Source of the DNA: Candidatus Doudnabacteria bacterium RIFCSPHIGHO2_01_FULL_46_14
GTDB taxonomy: Bacteria; Patescibacteriota; Doudnabacteria; UBA920; 2-01-FULL-46-14
DNA length: 42,876 nucleotides
Reading direction: 5' to 3'
Assembly (NCBI GenBank): GCA_001779925.1
Contig: MFEK01000016.1
Span: 464-43,339 of the forward strand
This document shows positions 27,306-35,545 of this stretch, piece by piece. Numbering within the stretch: position 1 is the stretch's first letter; every line of letters begins with the position of its first letter. A program made the position numbers and the translations under genes. The notes below the pieces were generated by a model. That model was not told where the DNA came from. It did no database searches and saw only the letters and a list, made by a program, of their open reading frames with translations.

Positions 27306-29225
27306 TTATATCAGCTCCCCGGCCTCGCCGAGGCGAGTCGAGGCGGGCGGGGTAGAGGGCGCGATTACGGCGGGCTGTTTCTGGATTTTTTTGGCAGGCG
27401 GGTTCACGTCAGCCATAATTTTGACAAACTCTTCCTGTTCGATGGTTTCTTGTTTAGTGAGTATTTTGGCGATCTGATCAAGTTTGGCCCGGTATTTTTT
27501 GCAAAGCTGGGACGCGGTTTTGAGTGCGCCATCCAAAAAATTGGCAATTTCTTCATCAATTTTCTGGGCGACCTTTTCCGAATAATTGCGCTGTTCACCG
27601 ATTTCTTTGCCCAAAAAAATCATCTCGTGATGATCGCCGTAAGTAACGGGCCCGAGTTTGTCGCTCATGCCATACATCATGACAAGCTTGCGGGCAAGGT
27701 TGGAGGCAACCTGGAGGTCGTTGGATGCGCCCGTAGTAATGTCTGCAAATACCTGCTGTTCCGCCACATAGCCGCCAAGCGCCACTGCCAGGTCAGCGAG
27801 AAATTCGCTTCGCGAATGCAGGTGTTTATCCTCAACCGGCAGTTTCAAAGTATAGCCCGCCGCTCTGCCGCGCGAGACTATGGAAATCTTGTGGACAGGG
27901 TCCGCGTGCGGGAGCATGGCGGCCACCAGCGCGTGGCCGCCTTCGTGGTAAGCCGCGATTTGTTTTTCGCGCGGGGACAACACGCGGCTTTTGCGCTCCG
28001 GCCCCAGCATGACTTTTTCAATGGCTTCCAGAAATTCACCCAGGTCAACCTGCTGTTTATCCCGGCGAGCGGCAAGAATCGCCGCTTCATTCACAAGGTT
28101 AGCCAGGTCTGCGCCGGAAAAACCCGGAGTGCGTTCGGCAATGAGATTGACATTCAGGGTTTTTAACACGGGTTTGCCGCGCAGATGCACTTTGAGGATT
28201 GCCTCGCGGTCTTTTATATCCGGCTGGTCAATGATAACCTGTCGGTCAAAGCGGCCTGGACGCAAAAGTGCAGGATCCAAGACATCCGGCCGGTTAGTCG
28301 CCGCAATGACTATAACGTTCGTGTCCGTATCAAAGCCGTCCATTTCCACGAGAATCTGGTTCAGTGTCTGCTCGCGCTCATCATGCGAACCGCCCAGTCC
28401 TGCGCCGCGCTGGCGGCCGACCGCGTCGATTTCATCGATAAACACAATACACGGGGCATGCTTTTTAGCTCGGCGAAACAGATCGCGCGTCCTGGCTGCG
28501 CCCACGCCCACGAACATTTCCACAAACTCTGAGCCGGACATATGGAAAAACGGCACATTAGCCTCGCCGGCTACCGCGCGCGCAAGCAAAGTCTTACCGC
28601 AGCCGGGCGGCCCCAGGAGCAGCGCGCCTTTGGGAATGCGCGCACCAATATTCAGAAACTTTTGCGGGTAGCGCAAAAACTCCACTATTTCTTTGAGTTC
28701 TTCTTTTGCCTCGGCAACTCCGGCCACATCCGCAAACGTAACTTTTTTCTGCGTCGCGCTGTCCGTGAGGCGTGCCTGCGATTGCCCAAACGACATAGCC
28801 CTGTTGTTCTGGCCCCCGACTTGCCGCATCAAAAAATAAATAAATCCGGCAATGAGCAGAAATGGTATAAGGAACGGCAAGATGCCTTGGACAAAAAACG
28901 AGGTGGCAGACGGACCTTTGACCTGGATACGCGCATCCTTGATGGCATCCGCGTCAGCATTGAAGCGAACCAATGCTTCACTTAGGTCAGACTGCGACTC
29001 TTTGATGGTCCTCACTTTGGAGCCGTCTTTGAGAAATACTAAAACCTCGTTATTGTCAGTGGAAACCTCGATATGATCAACGCGCCGCTCCTTCACATCG
29101 CCAGCAATGTCAGAGAGTGTAACCTCTTTGACATCCCGATCCTCGCTAACCGTCAGGCTGAAAACCCCCGCGATAATGAGGAAGACGAACAAGACAATGC
29201 CTAAATTTTTTAGAAACTTCTTCAT
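27306..29225 (-). CDS. ftsH: ATP-dependent zinc metalloprotease FtsH
   Basis: 2 [44 protein letters not shown]. Confidence 0.98.
   Translation of the reverse strand: MKKFLKNLGIVLFVFLIIAGVFSLTVSEDRDVKEVTLSDIAGDVKERRVDHIEVSTDNNEVLVFLKDGSKVRTIKESQSDLSEALVRFNADADAIKDARIQVKGPSATSFFVQGILPFLIPFLLIAGFIYFLMRQVGGQNNRAMSFGQSQARLTDSATQKKVTFADVAGVAEAKEELKEIVEFLRYPQKFLNIGARIPKGALLLGPPGCGKTLLARAVAGEANVPFFHMSGSEFVEMFVGVGAARTRDLFRRAKKHAPCIVFIDEIDAVGRQRGAGLGGSHDEREQTLNQILVEMDGFDTDTNVIVIAATNRPDVLDPALLRPGRFDRQVIIDQPDIKDREAILKVHLRGKPVLKTLNVNLIAERTPGFSGADLANLVNEAAILAARRDKQQVDLGEFLEAIEKVMLGPERKSRVLSPREKQIAAYHEGGHALVAAMLPHADPVHKISIVSRGRAAGYTLKLPVEDKHLHSRSEFLADLAVALGGYVAEQQVFADITTGASNDLQVASNLARKLVMMYGMSDKLGPVTYGDHHEMIFLGKEIGEQRNYSEKVAQKIDEEIANFLDGALKTASQLCKKYRAKLDQIAKILTKQETIEQEEFVKIMADVNPPAKKIQKQPAVIAPSTPPASTRLGEAGELI
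27319..27348. repeat. 30-nt GC-rich imperfect palindrome in the ftsH C-terminal tail ([10 protein letters not shown])
   Basis: CCGGCCTCGCCGAGGCGAGTCGAGGCGGGC. Confidence 0.5.
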
Positions 29226-29287
29226 AAGTTAAAATTGTACCATCTTAACAATCATGAATCAAATGTGCGCTACGCACAATTGAAAGG

Positions 29288-29374
29288 TGGTGCCGCCGGT
29301 CGGAGTTGAACCGACATACCCTTGCGGGCGTCAGCTCCTAAAGCTGATGTGTCTGCCAATTTCACCACGGCGGC
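29288..29374 (-). tRNA. tRNA-Leu(TAG)
   Basis: GCCGCCG acceptor, TCAGC-TTTAGGA-GCTGA anticodon arm, variable arm GCCCGCAAGGGT, GGTTCAACTCC, CCA. Confidence 0.96.
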
Positions 29375-29609
29375 GTATTGTTCTTAAAAATTCCTTTCCA
29401 ATTCCAGACTTTAAGTATTTTTCATGATTTCTAGCGGTCTTTCTATCAGGAAACTCTTCGGTGTATATTAATTCAAAGGGCAGATACGATCTAGTGGTCG
29501 TTTCTTTTCCTGCATTGTGCTGAGCGACTCTCCTAGTAACATTATAAGCCAAGCCCACATAAATGTAGTTCTTCACTAAACTACTAATTGCGTAAACACT
29601 GCATTTCAT
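29331..29609 (-). CDS. small GIY-YIG endonuclease whose 3' end overlaps tRNA-Leu
   Basis: VYAI..IYVG, RRVAQHN.G...T, EKYLKSG.G; ATG at 29609. Confidence 0.9.
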   Translation of the reverse strand: MKCSVYAISSLVKNYIYVGLAYNVTRRVAQHNAGKETTTRSYLPFELIYTEEFPDRKTARNHEKYLKSGIGKEFLRTIRRRGEIGRHISFRS

Positions 29610-29625
29610 AACGATTTTTATTTTT

Positions 29626-29681
29626 GGTCCTAAACCTGTGCGCCTGCCGGCAGGCAGGTATGCCAATTCCGCCACTCGCCC
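29626..29681 (-). pseudogene. interrupted 5' half of a second tRNA-Leu(TAG)
   Basis: GGGCGAG TG GCGGAATTGGCATAC [CTGCCTGCCGGCAG] GCGCACAGG TTTAGGA CC, then the sequence breaks off. Confidence 0.75.
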
Positions 29682-29807
29682 CCCAACTATGCGGGGTAAA
29701 TCTGCTTGCCCGACTGAAATTTGCAAAGCAAATTTGGGCGGGCCTTTCGCCACTTTACCCGCCTAACTGCATGAGCAGTTGGGACGTGCCCGGCCAAAAG
29801 CCCTAAG

Positions 29808-29858
29808 ATTATAGCGAAACTAGGCAGTCTTGACAATTCCGCCCAAAAGTGCTAGGAT
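29808..29858. promoter_or_regulatory. back-to-back promoters with overlapping -35 boxes
   Basis: plus: TTGACA(29830)-17-TAGGAT with TG extension; minus: TTGTCA(29836)-17-TATAAT(29813-29808). Confidence 0.7.
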
Positions 29859-30112
29859 TGGTGGTCAATAATGATCCCAAATTTGATACACTAAAAAACC
29901 AGCTTTTCTCGCAGGAAAGAATCAGCAAATGTGCCGGTTCTCTCCGGCTAGAGAAGAGAAAAAAATCCCTAGCCTGAACTTTAAAAACTGAAAATAATGG
30001 ATCAATTCTTTCTTCCCTAACCGATGCAGTTACAACCTGCGTCCGGCAAGCGATTTTCGTTTTCCGAGCGCAGGTTGTAACTAACTGCAAAAACGGAAAG
30101 AAAGGAAAAAGT

Positions 30113-30418
30113 ATGGAAAAATCGGAAGACACGGGCAGACCATACACCGGTTATGTTATCGGATCACGACCAACTCCAGGTGGCCCAATTTGGCGCCTGA
30201 GAATTGAGACTGGTCCAAAGCTGACCGGCGAGAGCGTGACAATTTTGCGAAGCAGCACGCCTCCTGACATTAAGGAGACGGCATTTGCGAAGTTCAATGT
30301 CACGACCATTGGTAAGCCCCCCAACGATCAAGACTTCGCGGTCAATGTTATTTTAACGACCCGCGACAGGCAAACAACAAATGGAACGGAACAAAAGGAA
30401 GAAAAGGAGACGAAATGA
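30113..30418 (+). CDS. small beta-rich hypothetical protein, possibly OB/cold-shock-like
   Basis: AAGGA SD; YTGYV...AVNV pattern; overlaps the next gene by ATGA. Confidence 0.7.
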   Translation: MEKSEDTGRPYTGYVIGSRPTPGGPIWRLRIETGPKLTGESVTILRSSTPPDIKETAFAKFNVTTIGKPPNDQDFAVNVILTTRDRQTTNGTEQKEEKETK

Positions 30419-32112
30419 GTATGGAAGAGATTCGGAATGACGAAATTATGCAGGATTCGGACGGGGTAGTTCTCGCCCAGATTACCGCCGCGATCAGCGA
30501 CATCAACACAAAAACCGTACCGAGCATGGTAGCCAACTACGCCGGCAAGGATAGCTGGTCACTGACTTTCACGAGACTCGCGGACGATTATCGAATCGTC
30601 TGGGAAGGATACCTGACAACGTTTGCCGAGATGCGCGCCGACCGCCGCGGACGAGTCATTGAAGCGCTAACCCGCGCCGAGGAACTCCGCACCCGTCTGC
30701 AGACTGGCATTAACAACGAAAACACCCGTCTGCTAACCATCCTGAAAGAATCGCTCGCATCTGCCTGCCTTACCCGCCGCAAAAAGCTGGAAACAGCGCA
30801 GTTGGCAGCCGAAAGCCCGGCGAGCGAACCAACGGAAAAGGTTGAGATACCAACGGATGAACCGAAAGCACCGGAACCTCAGCCTGCTCCTCCGGTGGTT
30901 GACCTCGACTCGTCGCAACAGCAGCTCGCGCGCATCAACGTGGAACTCGCCGGTGATGAGAAAGCACATGTCGACCTGCCGAAACGGACGCAGAAAGCCG
31001 ATAATTTCATGGCAGCGATGGTGCTTCTCGGGTTTGCAGGCATTGCCATCGCGGTCGAAGTTCTCTCGGGCGGGTATGATATGTGGCGGGTCATGAGCAA
31101 CCCACGAATGGCGTGGGGATTCACGGCAGCGTTTCAGATTTTGCCGGTGATTCTTGCGTTTTTCCTAGCCGGGCCATTCAAGCGCTCCCACACGCACAAC
31201 CTAGCCAAGACACGGTTCCGGTCGTTGTACTCGAAAGGTCATCCGCAGGGATACAGAGTCGGCGAATTTGAGGATACAGCCCTTCTCAAGATCTTAGGCT
31301 GGCCTTTCATTGGACTGACTCTATTCCCGGTTATCTACCGGCTGTATGTTGCCACAACCCAGGATTTCGGGACAGCCGGGTTTGTATCTGCACTGGCCGG
31401 GTTCTTCGTTACTCTTACGGCGTTCGGCGTCAAATACGCTATGTCCAAAAGATATACGGACGAGCAGTACGAGCGCCTGGCGGAAAGAAAAAAGGCAGCA
31501 AAGATTGCCGAAGACGAAGAAAAAAAAGTCAAAGCTCAAGTGAAAGCCGAAGCCGCAGCCAAAGCTAGACAAGAAGAGGAAGAAAGGAAGGAGGCCGAAG
31601 CCATGGCCGCCGCTCTCCCGAAACCCATTATTCGCACTCCCCAGGAGGAATTTGACCAGTCCTTCAACGCGGCCGTCGCTGCTTACAGGAACGGGGTCAG
31701 TGCAAAGCTACAAATTGCGGGTGCGAATATCGAAAGCCGAGAAACAGCGCGGCTCGAGATTGTAGCGCTTGCCAAGCAACGCAATGAGGTTCGGGGAGAA
31801 CTCAGGGAAGGCTTCTACCATTCCTGCATCGCAGTCATGGATGGCGTCCAGGATACGCATCACGTAAAGCGAGCTCATATCCAATTCGGTAACGGCAAGG
31901 CCAGCGAGTATGACTATCTAATGTCATTCTTCGACGCCGCCGTGAAACTGCCGGATGACGAGAAGGAGATGGCTCAAATCCGTGATGGCGAGATCGAAAT
32001 CTCGCTGGATGATCCAACCGCGGGAGTTACAGTGATTGAGGACCTCATGGACGAGGCCATCGCAGCCACTGCCCGCAAAACCATCGTTCGTCCCGCAAAC
32101 GCGGTCAACTAG
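30415..32112 (+). CDS. membrane protein: coiled coil, four TM helices, coiled coil
   Basis: AGGAG SD; four hydrophobic segments; E/K/A-rich helix. Confidence 0.85.
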   Translation: MSMEEIRNDEIMQDSDGVVLAQITAAISDINTKTVPSMVANYAGKDSWSLTFTRLADDYRIVWEGYLTTFAEMRADRRGRVIEALTRAEELRTRLQTGINNENTRLLTILKESLASACLTRRKKLETAQLAAESPASEPTEKVEIPTDEPKAPEPQPAPPVVDLDSSQQQLARINVELAGDEKAHVDLPKRTQKADNFMAAMVLLGFAGIAIAVEVLSGGYDMWRVMSNPRMAWGFTAAFQILPVILAFFLAGPFKRSHTHNLAKTRFRSLYSKGHPQGYRVGEFEDTALLKILGWPFIGLTLFPVIYRLYVATTQDFGTAGFVSALAGFFVTLTAFGVKYAMSKRYTDEQYERLAERKKAAKIAEDEEKKVKAQVKAEAAAKARQEEEERKEAEAMAAALPKPIIRTPQEEFDQSFNAAVAAYRNGVSAKLQIAGANIESRETARLEIVALAKQRNEVRGELREGFYHSCIAVMDGVQDTHHVKRAHIQFGNGKASEYDYLMSFFDAAVKLPDDEKEMAQIRDGEIEISLDDPTAGVTVIEDLMDEAIAATARKTIVRPANAVN

Positions 32113-32121
32113 GAGGCGAGT

Positions 32122-33411
32122 ATGAAAAAAATCAAGATTCCGACGCCTGTGGTTGTCCGCAAGGGCGAGCCACAGGGGACCAAAAAGATAGCACCACCCC
32201 CATCGTCAAACGGGACCAGTGCCCAAGCTGCGGTCACGGCCAACCCAGTAAAAACTATCCCACCCGACCCGCAGCCCCAGTCTCGAGTTATCGAGGTCGA
32301 GGAAACGCGAACCGTGGACAGAATCAAGATTCGCGAAACATCGACTCCTCCTCCCGCTCCAGAGTTCTCAGAGGTACCAACTGGCGGCGGGATTTGGAAG
32401 TACGTAGCGGGCGTAATATTCGCCGTGATCGTGGTGGCTATACTGGCCGCCGTGTTTCACAACATCTCCACTGAGAACAGGAGCTTCCGTTCCGAGCTGA
32501 AACAACTGATGTTCACACGCGACATTCTGACCGGCAAAAGCGATCCAATTCCGGATCTTTTTACACCGGAACAGATCGCCCGATACAACCCAGGTCAAGG
32601 TGACGGCTTTGATGCAAAGTTCGTTATCAATAACGATCCTCGAAAAAACTTCGGGACTACAGAGGAGATTTTCACTCTGCCGATATGGGACCGCAAGAAC
32701 GAGGAAGAACGCCGTACCCAGGTCGCCACAGCCCATGGCAATTTTCTAAAATGGGTAAGCGAGAAATACCTAATCGCTCTGTCGTTCAAAGAGTCTGTAG
32801 AAATCGGGCTCGATGATACTGAAGGCGTTTCAGAATCGCTGGCGGAATTTGTCCGGCGCAATCTGGAACTTGAGGAGGTCAAAGAAAAACTCATCGAGTC
32901 GAAGAACGACACGCGGCTTGCCTTCTTCCGGATTTCCGATTCCAACGCTCTGACATTCCGGCGGTTCGAAATCAAAGCCGGCGATGAAGACACTGTGAAC
33001 CAAGTCTGGGAGGACGGCCTGACCTGGCTACTCGAGTCAGAGGAGGCACGCTCAAGGAAGGACGAAAGTTCGATCGCGACCGGGCTGTTCAATTTCCTGA
33101 AGAGAAATAATGAGATCCGGAAACGGAAGATCATTATATTCTCGGATGGTATGGAAAACAGTCGGCTGGAAACGACGACTTTCTATCCAGTAACCCAGAC
33201 GGCACGGATCGTCACGGAAACGAACTGGCCAAAGCTGGATGAACAGATCCAGAAGGTCCAAGAGTTTCCTGACCTGACACGCGCGCAGGTCAAATGGTTC
33301 ATGCCGCCGCTACGGGCCGTGTTTTATAACAACGTTAAGGCTTACTGGCAGCACGTGCTAGAGCAAGCCTGCGACTGCGACGGCGCGCCGCAAGTGGAGG
33401 TCATCCGCTAG
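32122..33411 (+). CDS. single-TM protein with Pro-rich N-terminus and vWA-like C-terminal domain
   Basis: AGGAGG SD; TM; IGLDDTEGV (degenerate DxSxS) and KIIIFSDGMEN. Confidence 0.75.
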   Translation: MKKIKIPTPVVVRKGEPQGTKKIAPPPSSNGTSAQAAVTANPVKTIPPDPQPQSRVIEVEETRTVDRIKIRETSTPPPAPEFSEVPTGGGIWKYVAGVIFAVIVVAILAAVFHNISTENRSFRSELKQLMFTRDILTGKSDPIPDLFTPEQIARYNPGQGDGFDAKFVINNDPRKNFGTTEEIFTLPIWDRKNEEERRTQVATAHGNFLKWVSEKYLIALSFKESVEIGLDDTEGVSESLAEFVRRNLELEEVKEKLIESKNDTRLAFFRISDSNALTFRRFEIKAGDEDTVNQVWEDGLTWLLESEEARSRKDESSIATGLFNFLKRNNEIRKRKIIIFSDGMENSRLETTTFYPVTQTARIVTETNWPKLDEQIQKVQEFPDLTRAQVKWFMPPLRAVFYNNVKAYWQHVLEQACDCDGAPQVEVIR

Positions 33412-33452
33412 ACAATCAAAAATCCCAAGGAGGGGATTGAAGTAATACTTGG

Positions 33453-33496
33453 AAAGGAGAGCAGAAACGACGATGTTTCTCTCTCCTTTTCTTTTT
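33453..33496 (+). terminator. intrinsic terminator
   Basis: AAAGGAGAG-AGAAAC/GTTTCT-CTCTCCTTT plus T tail. Confidence 0.75.
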
Positions 33497-33507
33497 GTCC
33501 GGAAAAC

Positions 33508-33536
33508 TTGATTTTCACCCAAAAATTTGCTATAAT
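33508..33536 (+). promoter_or_regulatory. sigma70-type promoter
   Basis: TTGATT-17-TATAAT with TG extension. Confidence 0.7.
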
Positions 33537-33571
33537 TACTGTAGATAAATTAAGCCTTAACGATACAAAAT

Positions 33572-34076
33572 ATGTTTAGAAAAAAAGAACAATCACTCGG
33601 CGATTATCTGAGAGCAGACAGTGGTCCGACCGCGGAAACAACTCCGGAAAGATCAGTGGACCAAATCGCCACAGAACGCATGCAAATGATCAAGGCAAAA
33701 GCGACCGGTTTTAAAAGATCGCATGCTAGATTACGGTAGCCGGTTCGCGAAATTCGTTCTAACCGGTGATGTGCGAGCAAAAAAAACCGCGCATCATGTC
33801 AGTGAAAAAACCAGAGAGCTTCACGCGGCTGGAGTAGACAGAATCGGACAAGTTACAGAAAATGCCAAAAATTGGGCTGACAAAAAGGTCCAAGGTGTAG
33901 AAAATAGAATCGGCTCTGGCATTAAAACCTATGAAATTGCCAGAGATTCTGTAAAACATGGCTTTACCGAAATGAAAAGCTTTGCCGGTAACCAGAGAGC
34001 TATGGAACAGAAGAGAGCGGAACTTATGAAACAACTCGCAGAACTAAACGCGCAAATGGGAGAAAGCAATGCCTAA
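33572..34076 (+). pseudogene. hypothetical helical protein apparently split by a +1 frameshift at TTTTAAAAG (33709-33717)
   Basis: ATG at 33572 opens a 55-aa ORF (stop 33739); deleting one A fuses it to 33723..34076. Confidence 0.6.
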
Positions 34077-34305
34077 CCAAAAAGATTTACAAAAACAACG
34101 AGATGAACTAAAACAACAGCTGGCAGCAGTTGATCAGCAGCTTGATGCTATGAAGAAATTGGAAGACACAATGGCCCAGGCTGAACAGCAATTCGATTCA
34201 GAAATGCAGGCCAAAGAAAAAGAGGTGGAGACAGTCTACAAAGAAGAGACAGACAAACTTAACGCCGCAATGCTGGATGACGCCCGGCAAGCCCTAAAAG
34301 ATTAA
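34069..34305 (+). CDS. small coiled-coil protein
   Basis: GGGAG SD; Q/K/E-rich heptads; overlaps the upstream ORF. Confidence 0.75.
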   Translation: MPNQKDLQKQRDELKQQLAAVDQQLDAMKKLEDTMAQAEQQFDSEMQAKEKEVETVYKEETDKLNAAMLDDARQALKD

Positions 34306-34354
34306 ATCCAGCCATTTTGGTAAAGTGCTGGATAAATTTTTCTGAAAAAGTCCC

Positions 34355-34387
34355 TCAAAAACCCCGCTAGGATAGCGGGGTTTTTGA
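34355..34387. terminator. bidirectional terminator-like hairpin
   Basis: 15-bp stem TCAAAAACCCCGCTA/TAGCGGGGTTTTTGA between convergent genes. Confidence 0.75.
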
Positions 34388-34702
34388 TTGGAGCGCGGCT
34401 TCGAGTTTGGGCAAATCATGTTTAATGACTTGCCATACGGCTCGATTATTTATTCTAAAATATTCATGAATGACTCTATTCCTCAATCCAACAACGTCAT
34501 GCCATGGTATGCTTGGATAACGCTTTAGAAAATCATCAGAAAGCTTGTTGGCTGCTTCTCCTATAATTTCCAAAGAACGAATGATAGCCAGCCGATGCAA
34601 TTTATCCGTCAAGAACTTTTCATAATCCAAATTCGCCGTAAAAGATTCAATATCATTGATTGATTCCAAAATATGACTTTTATATAAATTATCTTTTCCC
34701 AT
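34367..34702 (-). CDS. HEPN/DUF86 RNase toxin (HepT-like)
   Basis: LEIIGEA, IPW, RNRVIHEY (Rx4H), VW.VI..DLP.L. Confidence 0.92.
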   Translation of the reverse strand: MGKDNLYKSHILESINDIESFTANLDYEKFLTDKLHRLAIIRSLEIIGEAANKLSDDFLKRYPSIPWHDVVGLRNRVIHEYFRINNRAVWQVIKHDLPKLEAALQSKTPLS

Positions 34703-35174
34703 ATATTGGGACTAGGTCTTTTTCTACTTGCGGTTTTATCATAGGATGAAGTTCATCTTCTGTTGCTAAATCCGTCTTGGTGCCGAAAGCGTCTGTTAAC
34801 TCATTCTCCAAATGAATTATATCGAGCAAGCTCTTTTCGTTAGCGCTCTTTCCAAAACGCACTATTAAGTCCACGTCACTATCGGGCCCGGCTTCCCCTC
34901 GCGCATAAGAACCAAAAATCCCAGCGAACTCCACATCATTTTTTTTGAGAATGGGAATGGCGCGTTTTTTGATTTCCTCCAAAGTAAGAATAGATTTGCC
35001 AGTGGCCGGAAAAGGGGCGGTGCTGACCTCTTTTAATAGCTCTGGGTTGCTTTTGCGAACAAACCGCAGGACAGCGCGCAAAAACTCGCTACGGTTGGCA
35101 AACCCAAAGCTTTTGGTGGTTTTGTCAACGAATTGGGCTTGTTCTTCTGTTAAGCTTATATTGACTGTTTTCAT
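34689..35174 (-). CDS. ribbon-helix-helix plus minimal nucleotidyltransferase antitoxin (MntA-like fusion)
   Basis: MKTVNISL...GFANRSEFLRAVLR (RHH); FGSYARGEAGPDSDVDLIV (GS..DxD). Confidence 0.9.
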   Translation of the reverse strand: MKTVNISLTEEQAQFVDKTTKSFGFANRSEFLRAVLRFVRKSNPELLKEVSTAPFPATGKSILTLEEIKKRAIPILKKNDVEFAGIFGSYARGEAGPDSDVDLIVRFGKSANEKSLLDIIHLENELTDAFGTKTDLATEDELHPMIKPQVEKDLVPIYGKR

Positions 35175-35183
35175 GATATTTTA

Positions 35184-35213
35184 AGTATAGCAAACTTTGG
35201 CAAGGTTTGTCAA
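35184..35213 (-). promoter_or_regulatory. TA promoter with spacer inverted repeat (putative RHH operator)
   Basis: TTGACA-18-TATACT with TG extension; CAAACTTT-GGC-AAGGTTTG. Confidence 0.6.
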
Positions 35214-35239
35214 GATATAAATGCTGTCTCAACCCAGCA

Positions 35240-35268
35240 TTGACAAAACCCCCAAAATCTGCTAATAT
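35240..35268 (+). promoter_or_regulatory. sigma70-type promoter
   Basis: TTGACA-17-TAATAT with TG extension. Confidence 0.7.
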
Positions 35269-35334
35269 ATCAAGTCAATAAAGATAGCTCAGAGAACAGG
35301 ACCTTTGGGTAACGATTTATTCCCTCCTTTTATT

Positions 35335-35398
35335 CCTCCCCCTCGATGGGGCACGCTTCGTCCGAGCGAAGGCGAGGCGAGGAGGTTAGGTGGGGGTG
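35335..35398. repeat. family A unit with a nested hairpin, in the operon leader
   Basis: CCTCCCCCTCGATGGG[..CGCTTCG..CGAAGGCG..]GAGGAGGTTAGGTGGGGGTG. Confidence 0.75.
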
Positions 35399-35545
35399 AT
35401 AAAAAAGGGTTCTATTCTGTGAGCTAAAGGAAACTTTGGTTCTTGTCCTTTTACAGTTCAATAGTTCAAGTAAGTAAGTTCAAAAACAAACATTTCGTCG
35501 CTTCGTTGCGTCGCAATCTCGCGCGTGAAGCAGGAGGTCACCAAC

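Noticed and set aside
27138-28985. Long plus-strand ORFs (342, 226 and 147 aa)
   Set aside because: Antisense shadows of ftsH without motifs; the same applies to the antisense ORFs over nusA, rny, rnc and 36329..38139.
29288-29681. Group I intron splitting tRNA-Leu
   Set aside because: No room for a catalytic core, the downstream tRNA is complete, and the acceptor stems do not match.
29610-29753. 48-aa N-terminal extension of the GIY-YIG ORF
   Set aside because: It translates the tRNA fragment and repeats; the domain starts at the ATG at 29609.
29691-29762. SRP RNA (AGG-CCCG...CGGG..AGCAG)
   Set aside because: Lacks the CAGG symmetric loop and the GNRA tetraloop; kept only as an unidentified RNA.
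29730-29795. HDV-like/theta ribozyme (starts GGCCGGGCACGTCCCA, near a tRNA)
   Set aside because: No strand complementary to P1 follows P3, there is no CC/GG P1.1, and it lies 5' rather than 3' of the tRNA.
33709-33717. Programmed -1 ribosomal frameshift
   Set aside because: The heptamer is in the wrong phase and the fusion requires +1.
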